Below are positions 1 through 10,633 of a stretch of 64,000 nt of DNA, piece after piece (within the stretch, counting starts at the first letter, position 1; every line of letters starts with the position of its first letter). Location: assembly GCA_047495785.1 (NCBI GenBank), contig JBLDXI010000024.1, positions 2,232,001 to 2,296,000 of the forward strand, given 5' to 3'. This stretch comes from Lepidodermella squamata (lineage: Eukaryota > Animalia > Gastrotricha). The translations under genes and the position numbers were made by a program. The notes beneath the pieces are model-generated. The model searched no databases, was not told the origin of the DNA, and saw only the letters and a program-made list of their open reading frames with translations.

Positions 1-174
1 AACTTTGCTAGTCGGTTTTCCAGCAGCTTCAACTCGGCCAGATTCGATTCGCGATCAGCATATGCTGCTTTCAATCTCTCCATCTCTTGCAGCATGCTTG
101 CATCAGAAACGGGCCCAGCGAAAGCCCGTAACTGCTCCTCTGCTTGCAGCTTCTTCGTTTCAGCCAAATTCGCC
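1..174 (-). CDS. Downstream coiled-coil exon of the giant GTPase gene (continues off the left edge)
   Basis: Open frame ANLAETKKLQAEEQLRAF...MLQEMERLKAAYADRESNLAELKLLENRLAK. The acceptor ttttatttaaag|G at 175/174 is phase-compatible with the donor ATG CAA AG|gtatgg at 5391/5390 (AG+G = Arg). Heptad-like composition continues the coiled coil. Confidence 0.75.
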
Positions 175-462
175 CTTTAAATAAAAGTGAGGCAATTAAA
201 TTATTGGGTGTTGGGTGTTGCTATTGACACGGACCTAGATGGTTGCGCACCAAAGGTCCCACAGGAGTCCCCAATACAAAATGCCGCATGGCGATTTAGC
301 TATCGCTGCCAAGCGTATGAGGTATATGGCGGTACCACATTTTTCGCATAGGGAAACGAATATTACGGTTACAAAAATTAAAAAAATACCGAAAAATCGG
401 CGAGCCTTTCAAGTCTCATGTAAAAACTTTCCAGTATAACCGCAATTATTTCTGATTTTTAA

Positions 463-3170
463 CTCTCATTTTTTCATTCAGCGAACTTACGCTGGTATAT
501 TAATGATTCTAACGCTTAGAGCATTGTCAGCTAATAATTTTGAGATCAGGCTGGTTTTTGTGGCTGCCGTATTTAAGACGATATTAACCGCGCGGTAAAA
601 CTTGGTATTGCATATTTTTAGTGCGCGCACTCACAGTCAGGCTTTCTCACTTGCATTTTTGACCTGTATGCAATTGCGCGCAAGATGAATTGCAACCATC
701 CTGTGCAGAACAATGCGAGGAATCGAACGAGACTACGCCCATCATCGTAGCACTCATAGTTTTGTGCCTATATGAGGCGCGGCCGATCCACCTTAAAATT
801 TCGAAATTTCGTTGTTTTTGTGAATTTTTTCGCGACGGTTTGGAAGAGACCCGGTGTATTATAATAACCATTTCAAGTACAGAATTCGACGGGCTTTCGA
901 TCGGTGAAAACCGCATGCAAATACCTATTACAGTTTTTTGCCAATAGGCCACGCGGTATAATATGAGATAAAAGACAAACCTAATAAATTTCGAAATATC
1001 GCTTCTTTAAATCTAGGTGTTATTAAACCGCGACTTTATGTACGAATATTCATTAGAATTAGGTAATTCGAGGCGCCCTTTCAAATGGTATAAGCCTCAC
1101 ATTTACCGGACGCACCAATTTGACGCCACATTTGTCTGAGTCAAAAAATTTTAATGGTGTTGACCAACTTTGCACTCTCATTTTTTTATTCACCGAATTC
1201 CCGCTGATATATTAATGATTCGAACTCGTAGCGCATAGTCAGCTAACAATTTTGAGACCAGGCTGATCGTTGTAGCCGCCGTAGTTATGGCGTCTTTCAC
1301 CGCGCGGAAGAACTCTTAACAGACATCTTGTTAGTGCGCGCTGCGCGCACTCACAGTTATAGGCTTTCTCACTTAAATTTTCGACCTGTATGCAATATTT
1401 CCCTGAGCAGCAAGTGCACGTTTTTTGCGAAATACTGCTAAGTTCCAGTGGGAATTGCAGGAAACTGCCTTAAAACGCCGTTTACTGTCATTTTTCATCT
1501 TTTCTCGAAACTAACTGCAGTTTTTGGAAAAAACTGGAAGTTAAAGCTGGAAACCAGTCACTTCGCGAAATTGACACAGTTTTTTCAAGAAACTTGGGAA
1601 TTTCGGTTTTACGACCCGAAGTTAACTGCCAGTTGAAATATTTCTACGTCACCGTTAACAAAACTTTCGAATTTTCTCTATTTCGAAGTGAGAACTGAGA
1701 AGTAGTGAACGAAAGTGAAATTCGATCCTCGACCTCTAGTTTTCATTGCTGAAAATTCCCTGGCTCGAAAAACTGCCTCCTACCTATCCGGATCAAACTG
1801 TTTTTATTTATCATGAAATTCCTCGTTTTTTTCCCGATTTTCTCTAATTTTTACTGATTATTTACCTGGATCCTAAACATACCCGAATTTTTATCGTTTT
1901 CAGCCTGAACCATTAAGAAAATAAGGAGGCTAGAAAAATTCGATAATTTTGATTTTTCGTAAAAGCAACATTTTTAATGACTGAAAATTGTCGTTCTAAA
2001 TAAAAGCTGAAATAGGGCAAAATCATTGTTATTATGGCAGTCGATTGTTGTGCACACATGCCTCGGGGTGTTGCGTAATCAGGCCATGCTTCAAAAATGT
2101 GGCTTTTTGGTTCATTCAAATCATCTTATTTTTGTTTTTAATTCCAAAACTTCAATGACATGTCCTATTTAGTAAGAATTTTCGTCCGGCCTCAATTTCG
2201 CATTTTGAGCTTCATCAATCCTTGCCGCCTTGCCACCAGGTGTGCCGACCATGCAATTTGGACAAGTTAGATATTTATCGAATATTCAAGGTAATTTTGA
2301 AATTAATTCCATTTTCTTTAATTTACCCGCAATTTTTGAAGGCTTGTCCCGCGAATCGATTTTGCTGTCCAACCAGTCTGAACGAGCCGGTCAGCAATTC
2401 GTAATGGTATCGATGAAAAATTAACAAGGTATTTTCGTGTTCAATTAATTTAAATTATTAATTTAAATTTATTTCTACAGGTTATCGGGCCTGCTCCAGT
2501 GGCGGTTTTCTGCATCGGTCACGGCCGTTGTTCGAGCATGGCGTCTCGTGAAAAATCATTCACTATTAACTTGACAATTTTTCAATTTTTTTATTGATCA
2601 GTTTTGATTAAAAAAATCATACTTGAATAAAATGATTACATCGACGGACGTGAGAAGGGTAAAACTGTCTTTTTTGAAGCTGCAGTGCAGGTCGCGTTTT
2701 TAGCAGTAAGTGCGAAGTACTAACGGCCCGAAGTGAAAGTTTTAGTATCGCAGTAAGTGACTGCGCAGTACAAACCATTTCTCACAGCGAAACTCTCATC
2801 GCGGTTCCGCTGGCCCAGCTCCGCAAAAAACTACACTTTCAACAGAATACTGTCCTCAGACAAACTCTCGCTAATTTGCATATTTAGTTTTTTTGATTTA
2901 GGCAGTTAAATGGCCCGAAATTGTCGCTCAGGGTTGTGCGCAAGATTAATTGCAACCATCCTGCGCAGAAAAATGCGAGGAATCGAACGATACTACGCCC
3001 ATCGTCGTAGCCCTCATAGTCTTTTGCCTATAAGAGGCGCGTGGAACTTGTTTCGATCCACCGCTTCTACAGTTGAAATGCGAGTTCAGTGGCGAATTTC
3101 ATGAGGAATGGGTAATTGGAGGCGCTCTATCGAACGGTAAATACCCCATTTTCACAAGGTGCGCCCATTT
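463..3170. repeat. Two diverged tandem copies of a ~0.5-0.7-kb intronic repeat; the second copy is interrupted by an insertion
   Basis: 463-674 aligns with 1174-1395. 675-781 aligns with 2935-3041 (caagat.aattgcaaccatcctg.gcagaa.aatgcgaggaatcgaacga). 1062-1091 resembles 3111-3141. Confidence 0.75.
1401..2933. mobile_element. Non-autonomous DNA transposon with CCC-initiating short TIRs (CMC/CACTA-like)
   Basis: Left end CCCTGAGCAGCAA and right end TTGTCGCTCAGGG are inverted with 11/13 matches, flanked by TT on both sides. Removing the element re-joins the second copy of the 463-781 repeat. No transposase ORF is present. Confidence 0.6.
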
Positions 3171-3819
3171 AACAGCACACTCTTTATTAAGGTCGAATTT
3201 TGAGCGAAGCCGCGCCTCCATGCATACAAGTTTCACATATGTATCGTATATCATTCGTGACTTGAACCGACGTATACTTCAATGCTCAGCGTAAAGCTGC
3301 CAAAATGAACCAAATTAATGTCGTAGCATGGTTTTTTACTGGATGTTTTCATCGGAACAACAATAACTTTAATCGGACTGTTTTTACTTAATTCATCGGA
3401 AAGTCAAAAATAAGAATATTTTTAACTTAAACCGTCGGAAAAATAGTAATTCAAAACTACATCGCATTATTACGAGCTTATTTTATCGAAAGTTTGCTGC
3501 CTTCATCGGAATATATATAACAGTAGAATTACCGTAATGTCATTAAACTCGCAAAAGGTTAATTTCGAAAACAGAGGCGGTTTTTATACCAAATTAAAAT
3601 TTGAACAATTCTCTATCAAATGAAAATGGGTTTCTTGCGCAATAAATAAAGATAAAAATGTTATACGCTCACTCAATAGTCCGCGGAGACATGCGCGGAG
3701 ATGGTTTGGAGCACTCACATGCAAGCCGTGCCGAGTGAAATCAATCAAGTTTTCAAAATTTAATGAAAATACGCGTCCCATAGAGAACGTAGTGATCAGA
3801 GAGCGCACTAACTATATAT

Positions 3820-3998
3820 CGCGGGGTGGGCGACAGAACGACCTGACTAAAATAGTAACAAATGGCGTAATGCATTTGATGCACAGAAAAAACTGGCGCT
3901 CAGTTTTTCCGGCACGCGACTGACTTGGCCGAGATGCAAAAATAGCTTTACGCTATTTGTTTCTATTTTAGTCAGGTCGTTCTGTCGCCCACCCCGCG
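3820..3998. mobile_element. MITE, ~180 bp, ~50-bp TIRs, in a TA-rich site (Tc1/mariner-like)
   Basis: CGCGGGGTGGGCGACAGAACGACCTGACTAAAATAG.AACAAAT from 3820 is the reverse complement of 3955-3998. Flanks are TATAT and TATAT. Confidence 0.85.
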
Positions 3999-4252
3999 TA
4001 TATGCGACATTGAAACAAAAAATAAACGAAAAACCCCTCCTCATTTATATTTGCCGAATTTCTCGACTATCTGGGATAACACTTTTACATGCAAATTTTG
4101 ATTTTTTGGAGATTTTTACTTGACATAGGTCATTTTATATTTCTTCCTCATTATATGCGTCACGTAATAGATCGTTTCTCGCTCTATCGTTTCATGAAAA
4201 TCCCACCGAAAATCCCACAAATTAATCCAACTTAGAGATTTGATTTAGTTGA

Positions 4253-4362
4253 GATAGTGACAAACAACTCTTTTATAGAGACAAAAGTGGATAGAGACGC
4301 CAGAAATAAAATAGAGACAAATTTAGCCACGATAGTGACAAAGTGATCTATATAAAGACAAG
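4253..4362 (+). repeat. About six dispersed copies of ATAG(A/T)GACAA at ~20-bp spacing
   Basis: Copies near 4254, 4275, 4291, 4311, 4332 and 4352; probably a transposon subterminal array. Confidence 0.55.
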
Positions 4363-4671
4363 AAAATTTCCATTCGAAATTTTTGTATCGTTAAGTATCC
4401 TACTTAGAAATACAAACACTATGGTGACCGGTGGCACCGAAAAGCTAGCTATCCACCTTAGCAGAAATTTTAACTAGGTGAACTTTCACGGCTTTAGCAA
4501 AGATCAAGGCACAAGGAGTAAATTGATATCTGAACGGCGCTCGTAGCTATCACGGTTGTTGAGAAACGCAGCCTCGAATCATACGACCCAAAAACTTTCA
4601 AATTTTCAAAATTCGCTCTCAAAACCCAAATTATTGGGTTTCATTCGTAATTTGCTTCACTACACACACTG

Positions 4672-4783
4672 AGGTTAACCGCCGGGCTCGACCACGACGG
4701 CCCGGCTTGCCGCGGGTTTAACCGGCCCGGTGGTTAACCGCGGGCCTCCGGTTAATTTTTAACCGCGGCACCCGGCACCTCTA
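4672..4783. repeat. GC-rich palindromic cluster (GGTTAACCG/CCGG), probable DNA-transposon end fragment
   Basis: Repeated GGTTAACC and CCGG palindromes ending in CGGCACCTCTA. No partner end was found in the window. Confidence 0.4.
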
Positions 4784-5390
4784 ATTAAGGCCATTCATGT
4801 TCAGCCTTCAATTGATGTTGGAGGTGGCCGTCTTAGGGTGAGTTTTTGTTAGGAAGGTAGCATTAATAAATGATGAGGCAATAGTTGTCTTATTACATCG
4901 GATTATTCAATAACCAGAACAATGCTTTTCCGATGAAAATAGACGTTTTTCGTGTATAACTAATTATTCCGATAAGTCCGATGGTTTAAGTTTAAACGGT
5001 TCGATGAAAGTTAAGTCTATGAAGTTACTTCATTGACAAATAACGATGTGCCTTTTATTGGCTATTGGCACATGATGCTAATTTCATTTTTCGCTGTTTT
5101 AGAAAAACACGCACCACGCGAGTATTAGGGTTTTCATCAACGGGGAATCGAATGGCGATATCGAAATTGCAGTCAAGGGCCCGCGATCTGAGGTCTATCG
5201 CACAGTTACGTGAATCCGACAATTCCAGTGAATTCGCCGCCCCTAGATTGCTAATGCAATGTTGAAATGCTGGTATCTAGGATCTAGGAGTTAATGATTA
5301 AACTCCCGAAAGGCGTAGTTGAATGTAAAATTTTATGCGCCAATACCCACACCGTAAATTATTTAATAGAAACACATATATAATCCATAC

Positions 5391-8300
5391 CTTTGCATGG
5401 CCACAACAATCACTGCATCATCAACTGGCAAGCCATCTTCATCAAACCCGGTCTCCTCCATTTGCTTCACCTTCTGGGTGAGCTTGACCGTTAGCCTGCT
5501 GAAGAGTTTAACAGCCTCCTCGAGCTCCTTGATCTTTTCCGGAGATACATAAGTGAGCGGATCGGATCCAGCCATCGATTGATAGGTCTCGATCAATTGA
5601 GCCATTTGATCAATTGTGCCGAACTGCTTTTGATAAGCCTCCTTCTTATCTTTTCTTTCACGGACCTTCAAATCTGTTTCCGCAATTTCCGAATTTACCT
5701 TCGTCATCTCATCTCTGTTTGCCTGAAGAGACTCATTGGCGGCATGAGAAAGGTTTTCCAAACGCGATCTCTCATCACCAAGGGCAATTGCTTCTTTTTT
5801 GCGAGCATCGAGGAGGCTTTCAGCTTCTCCCGAATTTGTGTTTCCGCTGGCGCTATCCTTCTGCAAAGCTTTCAGTTCACCCACAGCTGAACTCAGCAAT
5901 GCCTCCATTACGAGCAACTGAGACAAGCATTCCTGCCACTGCGCATATTCTGCATTAAGTGCCTCAATAGAGGACGTTAGTGGCGAATCGCTTGAGCATT
6001 TTCGAGTTTGTTCTTCGATGAATTCACAAATTTGACCAAGTTTTCTTTCAATGGCAGCTGAATGCTCGCCTCCGTCGCCCGACTTATCCATCCGCTCATC
6101 CCTGGAAAGAATCGCCGGAATAGCTCGGAATGCGGAGGACAAAGCTGATGCAAGGGCCAGTTTATTAGCGTTAAAAGCTTCGAAAAATGATTTCCGATCG
6201 AGGGAAAGTCGAGTCTTAGAAATCAGTTCCTGTCGCTTTCCCTTAAAGTTAGCCTCCTCGACTTCCTTTTCCGTAAGCAACTGTTGTAGACGGCCTTGTT
6301 GTATATGACATTCTTGTTTGGCTCTAACACACGATAGCTCATTTTCCAGCGCAATTCGAGTCGCTTTCACAGTTTCATATTCCGTCTTGGTTAGTAGCAA
6401 TTTTTGCTCGTAGCCACTGATGGCTGCCTGGTCCTCAGCGGCTAGACTAGCCTTCAGTTCCTGAAGCCGCTCTTGCTTCTCACACCGATACTCCCCAGTA
6501 GCTTCTTTATGGCCTTTACGCTCGGCACATTTCAAAAAGCATGAATTGCACTTGTTCAAGCATAGAGAGAATCGACTTCCCAAAGCGCTAATTTTGCTTT
6601 GAATCCAAGTATGAAAGGCCTTCTTTTCCTCCTGATTAAGAATCGGGTCAAGAGCAGCGAGCTCATGAGCTGCGAAGGCCCTAATGATTTCCAGACGTTT
6701 GGTTGTGAAGTCAACCAAAAGGTCGTTGAAGGAGCCCCACATTTGATTGAAGTCAACCTTGCTAAACTTGGGGTTTTGGTCGCTGAAGAGATGCTGCTTC
6801 AAGGCGGCCGTGATAGCTGAATATCCGCCATCGTCAACTTCACCCGGATAAACGAAAGCAACGCTACTCTGACTTATCTCAAGTTCTTCGTTTTCACTCT
6901 CCGGTTCTTCTTCACGCCCAGCGCGACTTTTGGGTCGCTTCGACTTCGAAGTTGAGACTTGCTCCGCTTTTGAAGTATCTCCCCATAGTGACAGGATGCG
7001 GCTCTCCGTTTGCATCATTTTGACACGTTTTATGTGCTCATCCCCAGCCTGCTCGTCGCCACGATTGACTTGGAGCATGACAACCTTCAATGATTGTAGC
7101 AGGGTCATCGAATCAGCCCAGCGATTCCTTTGTAGGCCAAGGTCCTCGTTGTTATCATCGAAAAAGGACATGCGAAGGTCGTTCAGTTCGCCAACAAAAA
7201 TGTCTCGGTTCGTGTAGTTGTTCAGACACTGGAAAACCAAGGCACCACTGAAAAGTCGCTTCAGAAAGTGATGGTCGCCTTTCTGATTCAACACTTGGAT
7301 GTTGCGCTGGAATTCCTGCTGAGCTTTCTCACGCTCCTCTGACGCCACATCACGAACAGCCATCATCAGCAGGCCCTTGAAGTAGTTTTTACCCTTCACA
7401 CGGTCAACGGCGCTGTTCAAATCACTGAAAAGACGATTCAGATACCGGTTGAAGTTCAAATCCTGGTTAAGGATGGTCACGTCACACACGGCTGCTAAAA
7501 TGGTCAGCAGTTTGACTTCTTCCAGTTCATTACGACTGATACTGAAAAGACCTTCGCAGTCAAGAATGACAAAATCCCGCTCAGCGCCATCGGACTCACG
7601 GACTAGCCTCGCATAGCTCATCCAAATTCCGTCCGTACATCGCGTTGCAGCAACACTGAATCTCGTACCGAACAGCCGATTGAGCAGGTAGCTTTTACCA
7701 GAAGATTGCCGCCCGATGATACCGATGATTTTGATTGGGCGATCACCTGCCATGGATCCTAGCACACTTTCGAGATGACCGAGGGTAACGCGATCCGCCA
7801 GCTCAGCAATCTGACTTGCTTTTTCCGTACCAAAGCGATGTCGTTTCCCGTCGATCAGTGGCACCAAGTTGTTCTCCTCAATCGTGCAAATGTGAACAGG
7901 GACGCGTGTCAGAAGTATGCAGCTGAGTTGTTCATTCGTAAACGGCGATTCCTTCATCGCCACAGCATCGCAGGGTTTGATTCCGACAGACAATTTGTAC
8001 GGGAAAGTTCTCAGGTATCTCTTCAGTTGAGTTGGTTTTAAACTGGCATTCTTCTTCGAAAGAACCAGGTCGTAGGTAATGTTTTCAGAGGAACCGATGA
8101 AATGGGCGATGGGACCATACTTCATGGAACTTGCGTAGATGATGTCAACAACAGGGTTACCCCGAACTTTCTCACGCTTCACTTCGTCGCCCATGGCCTT
8201 GAGAGAAACGTCAGAAGCCAAGCCAGGCAATATAAAACTCCTGACTGAATTCACCTCCATAATCGACAGATAGATGTTCGCGCTGTCACAAAATAACTTC

Positions 8301-10369
8301 AAGCCCCTCGATTTTTCGCTTCGGAAGGAATGGATGATTTCGAAATTCAGGTCGTAAATATCAGTGTAGCTTTCATTTCGCATGGCGAAGAATGACAGGT
8401 TTTTTGTCACGTGGACGCTCTTGTAGGGCTCTCCGTTTTTCGAGAGGAGCCGCTTCTTCACACTTTCGCGGCCGGTATTGCTGCGATGGCACCACTCTTC
8501 TGCCTCCTTTGTCGTGAAGCTGTACAGGTACAGATTACCCCGTTCATTCAAAAGCAGAGCCTCGCGGCGGCCACCCATCATAGCCATGGAGACGATTTTA
8601 CCATTCACATTATTCGGAATGAGACTAATGCCTTTGCTCGTGTATTTCAAAGACTCGTTTTCCGCTATCTCTTGAAGATGTATTGATTTTGATTCGTTAT
8701 CGAGAACCGCAATCAAAACGGATGTAGTCGATTTATCACCAGGTTCATAGGCCATCAGACAATCTCGAATATTCCAAACAGCGATTCGCTTGATCTCGCT
8801 GGCCGAAATTCGAACGAGAAGGGTGTAGGGCAGCTTGCTGCTTCCTATGGCTACAATGAACAGTTTCCCATTCCACATCGGGTAGCATGAACGAACGAAA
8901 CAAGTTCTCAGAATTTCAGTTATATCGTGAGAGACAACAGGTTTTGGAGGCAGCAAGTCTCGCAAAATCTCCGGCGTGATTTGAACCGACCATGTTGAAG
9001 GAGCGAATGTAATAGCGTCGTACTCGCCTTCGTTCTTCTGAACAGCATTCACCACGCAAGGTATCAATTTGAGGGCTGTAGAACTAGTCCGTTTGGTCTG
9101 TGATGTATCGAATATGACAGAGCATGCGTTTGAAAACGTGCAGATGGGCCGCGTTAATTCGCGACCTCTGCGATAAACAAGCTCCTCGAGGTTTTCTGCG
9201 CGAAGTATTTCCTCGATATCACGAAGCGCTTCCTTGACCTGTCCATACATGTTACGAGTGAAGAAATTGGCTAGTTCGACGCTGAAATCCTTCGCGATGA
9301 CACGGTAGTCGAAATTGAACCGGTCAGTGCTGATGCTGTAGCTTTCAATCACTTTATAGGTCAGCTGTTCGGTCAAGAAGTCGACAATAGAGGGATAGTT
9401 CTTCTTCATAGTACCTTGCTTGTGCGAGAATGAATAAGGTCGTTCGGAATACCCGACCCAGCTTGGATTTTTGCGGCGCAATGTATCCTCAATTCGAGGC
9501 AGCCATGAGCCAAGCTCTAGTGAAAATGACTTGCAGACTTCGGCAAGGTCCTTGGCATATCGTTTATGCTCAGCGGTGACTTTGTTAGTTATAGCATCGG
9601 TGGCTAAGTCAGTGCATAATCTTCGGACTTCATAAGTTACCGTAGGTGGCCTGTGCTTCGTCAGCCGGAGGAGTGAATATTTAAGGTCATGAACTTTCAT
9701 GCCAATATCTTCTTTAGCCGAGGCTTTCGACTCATCTAGGTCGGTGTAGAGAACATATCGGCTACCATTATCGTTTAGCAAGAGGCCTCGTAGTGCGTGG
9801 TCTCCCAAATCCCGCGTCAACAGCTCTGTTGAAGTGCTCACAGTGATGACTTTGATGTCGTTGTTTTTGTGCTCTTCTAGCCTGAACCTCGCCCTACCAG
9901 CTACACTCGTGTCGATGAACGGATTTTTCGGCCCAGGATAAAACTGAGTAATCTCTTCTGAACCAGGGCAAAGAAATATCGACGGGGAAATATCTTCCAA
10001 GTAACGAAACAAGGTTACCAGAATGTTTTCCTTGTTGAAACTATCTTGCTTCAAGAATGACTCCTCAGCAACAAGAAGAAAGAGGATGTTGTTATCTTTG
10101 ATAGCGGCGAACAACTTTTTGTCAACATTCTTGCCCGTAGGGAGGTCAAACTCAGGCTCAGCCAAGAGTTGCCTCGCCGTCGCAATCACTTGATCACGCT
10201 GACCGAAACACGCTGCAACACTGCTGTTGTTGTTCATGGTTATCTGCAGATTTAGTTGTTGCAAATCACGCAGATTGACGGCAACTTGCTCGATTGAATC
10301 TATCTCTGCTGCGCCAGCTACTTTGCCGTAGAAAGGCGTGTACAAGCGGCAACGAGATGATGATGCCAT
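5391..10369 (-). CDS. Giant GB1/RHD3-type (GBP/Sey1/VLIG-like) GTPase; 5-kb coding exon
   Basis: Uninterrupted ORF with first ATG at 10369. G1 GRQSSGKS (7691-7714), G2 RCTDGIWMS, G3 DCEG, G4-like VRDV, then Cys/His motif CLNKCNSCFLKCAERKGH and a long coiled coil. Splice donor at 5390. Confidence 0.85.
9171..9514 (-). repeat. Shared 115-aa domain, copy in the GTPase
   Basis: LGSWLPRIEDTLRRK...EEILRAENLEELVYR; 344 bp colinear with 11526-11869; 17 aa differences in 115. Confidence 0.95.
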
Positions 10370-10633
10370 GAATAAAACTCCTGTTGAAATTTCTAAATTA
10401 AAAATACATCTTTTATCAATTAGCAACAAGTTTTCTCTCATTAACGATGCAGCCTATAAGCATATGAATTTCCGCGTTGTTTATCATCTCAAAGTAACCC
10501 TTTTAGAAGGTGAAAACTAAGATTCGGCCAAGAAAAATCAAACGGATCTTTCCCATGTTCCCAACAGGAAGAGGAGAAGCTTTCAAATCATTTTCAAAGG
10601 ATTTAAAGTGTATATACTGTTCATTTTAGGAAG

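Noticed and set aside
4253-4362. CRISPR-like repeat/spacer appearance
   Set aside because: Repeats are only ~10 bp and degenerate, spacers are ~10 bp, the context is a eukaryotic intron, and there are no cas genes.
239-5265. Short ORFs of 60-101 aa
   Set aside because: They lie within repeats, have no recognisable motifs, and the repeat copies do not preserve the frame.
5363-5390. ORF-track C-terminus YGLYMCFY* of the GTPase
   Set aside because: It reads into an intron after a good GT donor that is phase-compatible with the exon at 174-1.
10370-10441. ORF-track N-terminal extension MRENLLLIDK...
   Set aside because: No ATG at 10441 and the sequence is AT-rich ending in an acceptor; the first ATG is at 10369.
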